Origin: Octopus vulgaris
Lineage: Eukaryota
Assembly: GCA_951406725.2 (NCBI GenBank)
Contig: OX597818.1
Span: 105,462,001 to 105,526,000, forward strand
Reading direction: 5' to 3'
DNA: 64,000 nucleotides
Shown: piece after piece, positions 27,601 to 39,720 of the stretch
Layout: every line of letters begins with the position of its first letter
Position numbering within the stretch: the first letter of the stretch is position 1
Program-made: the position numbers and the translations under genes
Notes under the pieces: generated by a model
Database searches by the model: none
Told to the model about the DNA's origin: nothing
The model's input: the letters and a program-made list of their open reading frames with translations, nothing else

Positions 27601-28902
27601 ATATTTTCCAAATGAACATAACATTTGTTCTTGACTGAATCATATTTTAATTTGATGTTGATTATGATATTCATAATCAACATCAAATTGTTAAATATTA
27701 ACCATAAAAAATGTTATTTAAATTTGTATGCCACCAAATTTCTCAAATCATGTATTGCCTATGTAGTAAGATTTTGGTACTCCAGAAATTCACTAGGAAT
27801 AATAATAGATGATGCAATATGAAAGAGCCAAAGTAGAAAACAAAAACAACATTGTTGTTCCATTCTGGAATAATGCAGCTGTATCATAGAAACATCACAT
27901 GAAAGATCTGATAGAGTAAGTTCTTTTAGTGCAATGCAACGGTATCAATATTTCAGTAATATGATAGGAATGCCAATATAAACATTGGTTAAGTTTTACC
28001 AAGCAAAACCATTACATGATTCTAAACTATATCACGAAGTTATCCTTCATAAAAAACTTCCAGAAAGCATTTTTTAAAAGACTTGATTTGAGACTGCATG
28101 TTGAAAGTGAAACATGATCTAAAAGTCCGCAACATTAACTTTACCTTTAAATCTTAAATAGTATTGTCTACTGTCAAAAAACTTCACCACACTTCTGTTA
28201 TCTAGTTACTGACAGCATGTTGAAATGCAAAAAATGAATGTAAGTCTTTGTGCATTCTCAAATGGCTAAAGCATTCTTTTGTTTCCTTAAATTATTAAAG
28301 ACCAAAAGTAATGTCTGATGGTATTGCATACTGTCATTTTTGATGTTGATCCTTTAACCGTGAAACCTTTAAATAGAGTGATTGATTACAATTAAGGGTG
28401 TTCAATTGTAAAAACTCAGTCAAAAAGGAGAAAGAATAAATTGAGAGAATGTGGACCATGCAGGCCTTACACAAATAACTTTGTCTACTCCCAATAAAAA
28501 CCTGACAGTAGAGTGTTCTCTTTTAGTCCTTTTGTAAAACAATACTGGTTACACAAAATGTATCCAGTTTACACTGTAAAACGATTGATAGGAAGGATGC
28601 AATGAGTGGAGAGGCATTGACACCCATCTAATCCGTGTCAACATAGAAAAATCAGACATGATTATGAGGAAGATGCAATGGTTAAAAGCAGAGAGAAAAA
28701 CAAAACCTGAGGAAATATATGCTACAAAGAGTGCATCATCTGATAATAAAAGAAAGGAGATGTAAAAATAATTGTGGTAGCTATAGTAAGAGTGGGCAAG
28801 AGTTTAGAATTGATAATATAGGGGGAATGATAAAGATGACTACTCATGTTTCATTATGAAATGCATACACCATTTCAACAGGGCCAGTTTTGATCCTCAT
28901 GT

Positions 28903-29280
28903 CATCATCATCATCATCGTTTAACGTCTGCTTTCCATGCTGACACAGGTTGAACAGTTTGAGTGAGGTCTGGAGAGCTAGTGGCTGCACCAAGCTCTAA
29001 TCTGATCTGGCAATGTTTCTACAGCTGGATACTCTTCCTAACGCCAACCATTCTGAGATGTGGTGGGTGCTTTTTATGTGCCACCAGCACAGGAACCAGT
29101 CAGACAGGACTGGCATCGATCATTTTTGGATGTTGCTTTTTACGTGCCACCAGCACAAGAGCCAGTCACAGGGTACTGGCATCAGCGATGATCAGTTGGT
29201 GCTTTTTACGTGCCACTGGCACGGGAGCCAGTCAGGCAGACCTGGCATCGACCACATTCAGATGGTGCTTTTTATGTGCT
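28903..29280 (-). mobile_element. RTE LINE 3' UTR fragment with internal ~55-bp tandem units
   Basis: (CAT)n tail then tttaacgtctgctttccatgc; repeated tgctttttacgtgccac..gcac..gagccagtca units. Confidence 0.82.
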
Positions 29281-30329
29281 AATTTCATTCACATTACTAA
29301 GGTGCTCAGAAAAAGAATGAATATTGTAACTTAATCCCACTCCCGCTCTCCACAAAAAGAAAAGTGAGAAAGAGATCTTCTGAATATGAAAAATCATAGT
29401 TTGCCACAAAGTTAGCACAGATCAAGCATACTTTGAGCAAAAGCATTTCAGTCATGACCATCACTTTTTATTGTAATATTTGTTATAATAGAAAATGAGA
29501 GAACATTGCAAAAATTGATATTAATCAGAAACTTGATAATAAAATGAAACAACTCTGAAATAGTTGTACCTGTTAACTATTACTTCTGAATAAACATTGA
29601 CATGCCACACAAGAAATTGTTTGCAGAATGCTGTCAATAGATAATCTTTGCAAGCTTGCTTCTCAACCATGTGGTTTGGAAGCCAATCCCACAGCATGGC
29701 ATCTCGGGCAAGTGTCTTCTACTGTAGCCCTTGGTTGACCAAACCCTTGTGAGTGGATTAAGTAGACAGAAACAGAAAGAAGCTTGTTGTGTATGTGTGT
29801 GTGTTTGTATTTGTCTCAACATATGATGGCTGTAAACATTACCATCATATATATGATATTCGTTTTTAGCCCTCTGTGAAAAATATTATTTTGCTAGGTA
29901 ACAGGTGAGGGTTGGTGACAGGAGGGCCATCTAACCATAGAAAATCTGACCGAAGCAAGCATGGAAAGTTGACAATACAATAATGTTGATGACAGTGGGA
30001 TTATGAGATCCAAAGAAGAAAGAATCTTGTTCAATATTTTGATTAATGCCTGCATATACAACAGCTCCAAGCTTTACTATCTGAGCATGCTTGGTAATTC
30101 ATCAAATGCATTGGTTCAGTATAGCAATCCCAAATGATGAAAGAGACTTGCTTAATACTACTTCAAATATCAACTGTCATGGTGCAAATATTCTGTAAAT
30201 TTACACAATGATTCCTTTCAATTAGATCATCAGTATTAATTATGTACAACACTAATTCTCAGAGATGCTGAAAGGTCCAGCCAATTCTTCAATATATAAA
30301 CAATTTGAGGGATTTGTGGTTTGTCTTCC

Positions 30330-31960
30330 CTTCAGGCAGATGGCCCTGCTCGATCTGTAGAAAAGGCGTAAGATTTACCCAGTGTAAGCTATGGACACAT
30401 AAGAAGTGCAATATCTAAGGAAAGCTAACTGGGAAGATAGTTTTTGTGTGTGGCAAATGCTCAGGAGCACTAAACACTGAAAATGTGCAGAGAACAGCTT
30501 CCGTCACATTCCAGGAGGAAAAAACTACAAGTAGTAGATAGCATCTGTTACCTAGTCAGTTACAAATCAGTAGTGGGAGTGGATGCTCTGAAAGTGGAGC
30601 TGCTAGAATAAGAATAGCTTGGGCGAAGTTCAGAGAGCTCCTACCTCTGCTGGTGACAAAGGGCCTCTCGCTCAGAGTAAAAGGTAGACTGTATGATGCA
30701 TGTGTGCAAACAGCCATGCTACATGGCAGTGAAACATGGGCCGTGACTGCTGAGGCCATGCATAAGCTTGCAAGGAATGAAGCCAGTATGCTCCGCTGGA
30801 TGTATAATGTCAGTGTGCATACACGACAGAGTGTAAGCACCTTGTGAGAAAAGTTGGACTTAAGCATCAAATGTGGTTTGCATGGATGAGGACAGCTGTT
30901 GAAAAAGTGTCACACCCTAAAAGTTGAGGGAACCTGTGGAAGAGGCAGACCCAGGAAGACTTGGGATGAGGTGGTGAAGCACAACCTTCAAACATTAGGC
31001 CTCACCGAGGCAATGACAAGTGACCGAGATCTTTGGAGATATGCTGTGCTTGAGAAGACCTGGCAAGCCAAATGAAACCATAACCGTGGCCCATAAAAGT
31101 GTTGTATAACCAGCCCATTTAAGAGTACCCTTCAATCATTGGGCAATAAACTACGCTTGTGAGGCAAGTGAAATTGTTGTCATAGCTGATGACAGTACCG
31201 CCTGATTGGCACCCATTCTAGTAGAACATTAAAAGCACCATTCAAGCATGACCGTTGCTGACTGGCTCCTGGGCCGGTGGCAAGTAAAAACACCATTCGA
31301 GCGTGGTTGTTGCCAGTGCTGCCAGACTGGCTTCTGTGCAGGTGGCATGCAAAATGCATCATTTGAGTTTGGCCAATACCAGTACCGCCTGACTAGCCTT
31401 TGTGCATGTGGCACATAAAAGCACCCAATACACTCTCGGAGTGGTTGGTGTTAGGAAGGACATCCAGCTGTAGAATCTTTGCCAGATCAGATTGGAGCCT
31501 GGTGCAGCCTTCTGGCTTGCCAGCCCTCAGTGAAATCGTTGTTGTAGCTGATGACAGTACCGCCTGATTGGCACCTATGCCAGTGGAACGTTAAAAGCAC
31601 CATTCGAGTATGATCGTTACCAGGGCTGCTGATTGGCTCCTGTGCCGGTGGCACATAAAAAACACCATTTGAGTGTGGTCATTGCCAGTGCGTTAGGAAG
31701 GGCATCCAGCTTTAGAAACTTTGCCAGATCAGATTGGAGTTTGGTGCAGCCTTCTGGCTTGCCAGCCCTGTCAAACCCATGCCAGCATGGAAAGCAGACA
31801 TTAAACGATGACGATGATTTGGCATTAGAAAGGGGCTCCAGCTGTAGAAATCATGCCAAATAAGACTGGAGTCTAGTGCAGCCCCTCAGCTCGCCAGCCC
31901 TGGTCAAACTGTCCAACCCATGCCAACATAGACAACGGACATTAAATGATGATGATGACT
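30330..31960 (+). mobile_element. RTE LINE 3' portion with duplicated 3' UTR
   Basis: PSGRWPCSICRK, AWAKFRELLPLLVTKGLSLRVKGRLYDACVQTAMLHGSETWAVT; the 3' UTR block occurs 2-3 times (31180-31540, 31540-31818, 31820-31960). Confidence 0.9.
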
Positions 31961-32414
31961 TTCAGTGTGAAAGTTTTTTTTTTGTTTGTTTCAGATTCAT
32001 TTTATTAGAGTTTTAATTAGTGGCTAATGTTGATTTATTCTTTTACTTTTAGGCTACATTAAATGAAAAATTATTGTTTTTGTGAATCAAAGACTACAGT
32101 GGCACATGGCATCTGAAACAAAGAAGATGATTAGAATTTGGTTAAGATTTCTAATAAATTAAGTGACCACATAGAAGTCTCCTCATTCCTTTTCTCTCTA
32201 GAGATGAAAGAACATGGTAAATAGAAACGTAAGTAAATATGAGAGCTAAATAGATGAGACTTGTTTAATATCTTTGATTACACAGTTCTGAGTGGATTGG
32301 CAGAACAAAACATCTGTGGTATTTAGTTTCGGCCTTTTATGTCTCGAGTTCAACTTTGACTTCTTTCCAGGATTAATAAAATGAAGTGCCAATTAAGTAT
32401 TGGGATTGATTTAA

Positions 32415-32955
32415 TCTCTCTATATATAAAACTGAGAATGTGTGCCTGTCTGTCTGTCTGTGTGTTTCCCTAAAACTTGAGAACTACACAACCAATTTCA
32501 TTCAAATTTTACACATGCCTTACTTAAGGTCTGGAGAGTGTCATCGGCAAAAAAAAAATGTTCAACTTCTTGCCTAGGGCGAGCCCATAGCAATATCATA
32601 TCCTCTCCACTATTTCAGTATTACGTGCTAAAAGTGAAACAAAAACATAGGACCTCCCAGATAAAAATTAAAAATGTTCCCCCAGAAGTAGAGGTAGGCT
32701 GGATTGTAGCCACACTTCTATACAAGAGGGAGGACAAGATACAATTGATCGAAATTGCAAGAGACGGGCCTACAATTCCAGTCTGTTATATATTTTGAGT
32801 ATTGTTATCACTAGTGATATCTAGATATAACTTTGTATTTTGTATTTTATGTGTAGATGTATATATATAGATGTACATGTAATATGTACACATATATATA
32901 TACATATATACATGCACTAGCACTATGACCCAGCAACGACGGGTCATAATGCTAG
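32415..32955 (+). mobile_element. Non-autonomous Helitron-like element
   Basis: Inserted between A and T; starts TCTCTCTATATATAAAACTGA; ends with hairpin atgaccc(agcaacgac)gggtcat and CTAG|T; no TSD. Confidence 0.8.
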
Positions 32956-33529
32956 TATTCCTATAAAGCATTCCAAGATGTGAATGAACAGTAATTGCTC
33001 TGATTCAATACCAGGCATGGCACTCATGGCTTCTGATCTTAACTGATTGGAAGTGTTATCAAGTAAACGTTTTCTCTTGATGTAAAAGTTAGGCTACAGC
33101 AAATATTCTGCTCAATACCATAGGTTTGCTTGTCAGTTGCTTGACCGTAATCTGTTGAAATTGTCCCTTAATAGCTGATATGTGCATCTCTGATCATGAG
33201 CAGGAGTAGTAAGGGAACATCACAGCCATGTTTTCAGAGAAATTCTTTGGGGCTTGAATAGTTCACTCCTGGAAACATGAATGTTTTGTTTATCATCCTT
33301 AAATAACCCTTTTGCACAAGATGGGCTACTCAATCTGAAGAAAATTCTAAATGGGCCCCACTTGCAAGATCATGAATTGTCTATCTTGATATGAGCTCAT
33401 CATGTTGCACACATGGCTATGATGCATGTGCTTGTGTATCCTTATCAGGCAGATAGTCATGATGGCTTTGTATATTTGTATCCCAGTGTCACTTTGAAGG
33501 CATGCACTGCTCTCTCACCCAATAATAAT

Positions 33530-33730
33530 AATGGTTTAAAATTTTGGCATAAAGCCAATAATTCTGAGGGTAAGGTAAGTTGATTACTTTGACCCCAGTC
33601 TTCAACTGGTACTTATTTTATCAATCCCAAAAGAATGAAGGCAAAGTCAACCTCAGCAGAATTTGAACTCAAACTGTAAAGATGGTCGAAATGCTGCTAA
33701 GCATTTTGCCCAGTGTGCTAACGATTCAAT
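33530..33730 (-). mobile_element. SINE of the Nin-domain family
   Basis: Reverse complement of the 42383-42601 family: gaccccag...aactggtacttattttatc...aatgaaggcaaagtcaacctcagcagaatttgaactc. Confidence 0.75.
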
Positions 33731-36113
33731 AATAATAATAATAGAAATGTGTGCTCAAGAAACAAAAAATGCATACCAACATCCCACAACTACGAGCATA
33801 GAAAGTGAAAAAAATACAGGTGATTTTTTACTGAAAAGCAGTTAAATATTTTTTGTTTTACTTTTTACTTCAGGTGAAGTAAAATATTTCAAAGAGAAAA
33901 TTTTTCTGATTTCCTATTTGAGATACAACTCAAAAACAGCACACAGCTAGTCAAATTGCTTTAGAAGGTACAAAATATAGTGCTCTTCAAGCAAACAAAC
34001 AAATAAAAAATTAAAATTAATTCTTCAGTAGAAAGACATTTAACTTTGTGGTCCAAAGTGCAACAATCCTATCTTTACAACAATGTCAATACAATAATCA
34101 CTGCATGATTTTACATACAGCTGAGATCTGGCAACTTCCTTTCAAAAAGATAACATAACATACTTGCATTACAATAATTGTTCACTTAATGAATAAAAAC
34201 AATAGTGTATCAGTACACTTTTCAAAAATGTCTACTCTGGCAAATGATCTAGTCACTACGTGGTAACTGATAAATCTATATCGAGGAGCATTAAATGGTG
34301 ATTTTTCATGTTTTAGTGAGAAAAATCACAATATTTTTCATAATACAAGTACTTCATGCAAGTAAATACTGTCAGTATCACTAGATGATAGAGACCTAAA
34401 CGGGAACAAATGACAAGACCATACATTTTGGGCTATCTGAAAATATTGGTTGCAAGAACTGTACACTTTCCACAAATGTTAATTTACTAATTGGTGACCA
34501 GCATTAATCCACGCTTTCAGTGAGACACATAGGAGTTTTCTCATTGGCTCGTATTTAGAAAGTAAAACCCCTTGTATATTTTTCATCATTCAGCTCGGAG
34601 AGAAGACAGTGCCCATGACACATTACAGAGCCTCTGAGATTCATGGGAAGGATGAAGGTATTCAGAAAACAGTCTGAATATTTGCAACAGAAGTGGACTG
34701 TTTCCAAATAAGCTGTGATGGGATTTGTCCAAAGTCAAAGCAAGTGCTGCAAAACATTGGTCTAATTCCTTAGTTTCATGAATCTACTGCCTTGGATTGG
34801 TATTTTTCTATCAACTTCAACAAAGATGACTGGCAAAGTTGACCTCAATGAGATTTAAGCTCAGAAAGAACAACTATTGCAAAGCATTCTGTCTGACAGT
34901 AACAACTGTCAATTTGCTGCAAGTAAATGATGATTATCAAATATATTTACACTGGAAGTGTAACAGCATATTGCAAATTAAATATGACATACAGAGATTA
35001 ATTCAAGGAACCGAAAGTTAGTCCTGTTCATTAAGACATCACTGAATTGTTTTAGGTAGTACAACACAGTAATTTAAGGAAATAAAAACAGAGAAATGAG
35101 ATGTAGTATTCATGCTTCTTTCAAGGATGTTAACACCATAAATTGGCACTAAATGAGGAACGAAAGTTGTAGGTTATAGCCGCCAAGGACAAGCAACAAT
35201 ATTAGAGTAACCAGATGTTATAAGCCTGTTTCAAAACAAACGTTTCGGATGGAGCTCTTTGTTCAGGTCAACATATAAGCAAATTTATTTTCAATCTATT
35301 TCATAACAATCACCATCTAACCACCCAAAATATTTACCAAGCTTAATTTAATTCGTAATGACTAATGACCTGTATGTAAATACTATGTTGCAGCCGGTAA
35401 TTTTCCAACTGGAACAAGCCTTGCTCAGTTAATAAGAATTGATGCCTACATTTTCTGAATATTTGCCAAGTCTAGTTTTTTTTTGGGGGGGGAGGGGGAT
35501 TATAATAACAAATTAAAAGTAAAAATCTAACTAATAAAAAAAATTAAAACAGGGGCTAATGCAGTTTTGCACCTCTCCTTGGAAAATGCCTTTTTTGGAA
35601 AAAATTTTGGTTAAATGCCAACATTATTACCCGGAAACGAAATTGAAAAAAAAATAGTGCAACAGGTGTGAAAAAAGGTGTAGGAAACGAACATGAAAAC
35701 AAAACTTCAGAAAATTTAAAGGATCCAATGTTTTACCCTCATAAATGGGTTTTTTTAAATGAAATTTTATATAAATACTTTTCAAACCGTATAGATGATT
35801 ATAAAAAAATTTGTGGGGAAAATCTTTTCCAAAGGGGTGGAGAGAAGACTTTGGAAAATGGATATTTCTTTCTACTTCACACCCACATAGGAAACGAATC
35901 TGAAAACAAAAATGTGCGGAAAGCAACGGGGCGGGGGGGGGGGAGGAATTTGGAATATTCACAAGACCCGAATTTTTCCCTCGTAATTTTGAGGAAAATA
36001 TGATCCTTTTGAAATCACAAATTAGGCCTTTCCTCAGGAACAGAGATGCTAAACATTCCTTTGAAGGGTTCGGGTCCTTACTTCTAATAGAGAGAGAGAT
36101 GTGTGTGTGTGTT

Positions 36114-36144
<31 letters not shown>

Positions 36145-36789
36145 AGTAGAAGGACCCGAACCTTTCAAAGAGATGTTTAGCGTCCAAGATCTTGCGGAAA
36201 AGCCTAATTTGTGATTTCAAAAGAATTATATTTTCCTCAAAGTTACGTGGGAAAAACACTGGATCTTGTGAATTTTCTGAAGTCCCCCAGTCCGGAAAAG
36301 ATTTTCTCCACAGATTTCTTTATAATCGTAATCTATACCGTTTGAAAGATATTTATATAAAATTTCATTAAAAAAAAAAAATCCATTTTCCTAAAAAGTT
36401 ATGAGGGAAAAACAGCGGATCTTGTGAATTTTCCGAAGGCCTCTCCCCATCCCCGCTACTTTTGGGGCATTTTTGTTTTCATACTGGTTTCCTACACTTT
36501 TTTTTTTACACCCGTTGCACTATTTAAATTTTTTTTTTAATTTTGTTTCCGGGTAATAATGTCAACATTAACCAAGATTTTTTCGGATTCCTACGAATAC
36601 GCAAATAAAATGGGTTTTTTTGAAATTTCACCCCACCTCTTCCACCACCATAATTTATTTAACTGTCTATCTATTTATCCCTGTCCGTTTATTCAAAAAA
36701 TATATTTGTCAACTAAATGTGAAGGTCCTCTGGAAGACTGTTACTGTTGTTTTTAGCCCCAGGAAGACATTCATATTTATCTATCTCTT

Positions 36790-37186
36790 TTTTTTTTTTT
36801 TCTCTCCCTGTTTATTTCTATGTTCATTTCTGTTGAAGAACATAGGCTCGAAACGTAAAAGACTTTCGGCATAGTTTCGGTTGTAGTAGCACAGATTTCC
36901 GTCGATTTCCGTAAAAAACTTTTATTTTTTTTACATAAGTAATGAGAGCGAAAGAGACTAAGAGGAAGCGATTTTACGACGAGAAGGTTTCACTTTGAAG
37001 TCGGCCTGTGTGTGTTTGATGGGGTGTGGGAGACAGACAGTATGTTGTGTAAGTGAAGTGCTTCTGTTAGTGTGTGTGAAGAGACAGACATACATATACA
37101 CATACACCGAGTAAAAAATTACTATGAATCGGCCATACATACATACATACACACACACACACATACATAGATACATACACACACAC

Positions 37187-37221
<35 letters not shown>

Positions 37222-37850
37222 TAGATACATACACACACACACATAGATACATACACACACACACATACATACATACACACATACACACATAGATACATAC
37301 ACACACACACATACATGCAGACATACATATACACATACACCGAGTAAAAAATTACGATGAATCGGCCATACATACATACATACACACACACATACTTACA
37401 CACACACACATACATAGATACATACACACACACACACATACATGCATACATACTTATACACATACACCGAGTAAAAAATCAGTTATCTCTCTCTTTCACA
37501 CATTACTCTCTCTGTCTCTTCGCACACACTAACAGAAGCACTTCACTTACACAACATACTGTCTGTCTCCCACACCCCATCAAACACACACAGGCCGACT
37601 TCAAAGTGAAACCTTCTCGTCGTAAAATCGCTTCCTCTTAGTCTCTTTCGCTCTCATTACTTATGTAAAAAAATAAAAGTTTTTTACGGAAATCGACGGA
37701 AATCTGATCTACGACATGCGAAACTTCGCCAGACTTTCTAGCTTTCCGAGCGTTAAACTAATACATCTGTTTGTTGTTTACACACCTGTCTTCGTCTTTT
37801 TTTTTTTTTTTTTGTAAATTCTCACTATCTCTTTATACACATATCTATAT
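36790..37850 (+). mobile_element. Penelope-like pseudo-LTR fragment (host of the Merlin-like insertion)
   Basis: After excising 36868-37738 the sequence reads ctgttgaagaacataggctcgaaacgtaaaagactttc...ccgagcgttaaactaatacatc..tttgttgtttacacacctgtcttcgtc, matching the pLTR copies at 52570-52670 and 52930-53057. Confidence 0.78.
36868..37730. mobile_element. Merlin-like non-autonomous element with ~220-bp TIRs and 8-bp TSD
   Basis: TSD AGACTTTC at 36860-36867 and 37731-37738; termini GGC...GCC; arms 36893-37089 and 37511-37706 nearly identical; interior is compound microsatellite. The superfamily call rests only on GG termini plus 8-bp TSD. Confidence 0.82.
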
Positions 37851-39546
37851 GCTTATTGAATTTAAAATTTTGAAAGCTTGGTTTCTTGCGTATTTGGAAT
37901 ATCTCCGTCACCTAAAACATAGAGAAAAAATTTCCAAAAAGTTCAAAATTTTAAGGGGGGGGGGCTTTTTTGTGTGCATATTCTTAATCTCCGATATCTA
38001 AAACGTAATGATCCGAATTTTTTTTTTCATAAAAACGCATTTTTCAAGGAGTACGAAACTGCATTAGTCCCCAAAACAAATTTAATCTGCAAATTGATCT
38101 TTAAAAAAGCCAACATGCAGCAAAGATCGCACTAAGGAACCGTTAGGATACACATATTTGATGGCTACTAATATATTATAGAAGAAATTTTTGATAAATA
38201 TGTTTATCACTGTTATGCTCCTATTCCCAATTAAAGTCACAATTTATTAAATTCTTAAATCGAAGTTGCACGAGAGTTAATTTTTTTTTTTTTTTTTTTG
38301 CAGTTTATAAACGGCATTTTAAAAACTGGACAAAAAGGCAATTTTTAAGAAACTACGCAGAAAATTGTATTGCAATCAAAATGATAAAAAAAAAATCCTT
38401 TTAGATCTATAAAAGAAAGGAAATGGCCACGAGTTAATTCTAATTTTTACATTTTATCAAAGGGACAATAAAAAAAAAAGCCAAATTTAGTTAACAGACT
38501 TTTCAACTATTACTAGACCAAATCGAGTACCAACCAGCAGGTCACATGTATGGTCTTTAGTTTGTTTGAGCCACCATAACTAAAACCATGTTGGGGCACT
38601 GCCTTAAGAATTACCAATTAACACAAAGAGTATGTATGTATGTATATATATTAACACAAAGAGTATGTATGTATGTATATATATATATATATACATACAT
38701 ACTTTAGTTTCCGGACAGGAACTATATATGAACTTATAATTCTATCTATATCCTACAGTTTAAGAGTGTTATTTATTTTGGATATAGCAATTCGGAAATA
38801 CTGTACGTCGATATATATATATATATATAGACACACAGACAAAGTATCAAACACAATTTAATAGATAGATGAGAGTTTTTTGTTTGTTTTTTTAATTAAA
38901 AGTCAGTTCTGTCGCATTAATACATGTACCAAAATGGGAACATAAGTAAATTTCTCTTGAAACATTTATATATATTCAAGAGAATGCAGTATTAAATTGT
39001 TCGACTTTTATGAACGCAAGCGATTAGTCTGAAAGACGCTGCTTTATACACCCATATATATATATATATATATATAATACTCATTTTTTTTCATATGTGA
39101 AAGAGTTAAACAGTATCAATATTACATACTTTAAATAGATATAGAGAAGGAAGTAGCTTGGCAACGTGGAGGACAGTTACTTCGACGAGAGGTATGAGAA
39201 TAAAAAGGAACGATTTATACATTGAATTTCTAGATTAAACAATAAAAGCGAAAATGGATTGGTGTGAATATATCTTTAACAAAGGATAGTGACGTAGGGA
39301 GTCACAAAGCTAAATTAAATCCAAAATTTCAACAAAAACATACATATACATAGATGTACATGTTGATAGCTGCAACACTACGTTTCTTTGTGACGGAAAT
39401 ACAGAGGCGAGGGACGGATAAAAGAAGAGGGGGAATATACTCTCAAGAAATTAAACATTGTTACAAAATGAAAACAATAAACACCTACTTTTCAGCATAA
39501 ATATTTTGTAGAAGTTAAAATACGTGTTTATCAAAGAAATACTTAC

Positions 39547-39720
39547 CAATTACTTCATTAATTTTAACTAAAAATGAAGAAATCAAATGTGTAAAAGCGA
39601 TAATGCAGCCACTCACTAATAATGGCGTAGCTGAAGTTGAGGGGGAGCGCTTATTTTGCGGTAATCACTATCATAACTACAAAAAATATGTTTTTTATTC
39701 TTTTTGCCATCTGTTACCTT
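39547..39720 (-). promoter_or_regulatory. Probable promoter and non-coding first exon of the hnRNPU-like gene
   Basis: Consensus donor ATTG|GTAAGT at 39546, YY1-like motifs (aatggcg 39621-39627, gccatct near 39706), locally CpG-enriched non-repeat sequence at about 39370-39670. The TSS cannot be placed from sequence alone. Confidence 0.5.

Larger units (their letters stand above)
35552..38072. mobile_element. Fold-back non-autonomous DNA element with GGGG...CCCC termini and 6-bp TSD
   Basis: ggggctaatgcagttttgcacctctccttggaaaatgc matches the reverse complement of gcatttttcaaggagtacgaaactgcattagtcccc. AAAACA flanks both ends (35546-35551, 38073-38078). Inverted arms at about 35600-36087 and 36144-36580 surround a (GA)(TG)(TA) microsatellite. 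Confidence 0.8.

Noticed and set aside
35627-36003. 111-aa ORFs on both strands within the fold-back arm
   Set aside because: Not preserved in the opposite arm and no transposase motifs.
37100-37482. Repeat-spacer pattern resembling a CRISPR array
   Set aside because: Eukaryotic context, spacers are microsatellite, only three units, no cas genes.
36958-37641. Two ORFs on opposite strands with identical C-termini (THTNRSTSLTQHTVCLPHPIKHTQADFKVKPSRRKIASS)
   Set aside because: A by-product of the near-perfect inverted repeat and microsatellite; no coding evidence.
38619-38690. Tandem duplication of ttaacacaaagagtatgtatgtatgtatatata
   Set aside because: Simple slippage duplication next to a microsatellite; no sign of function.
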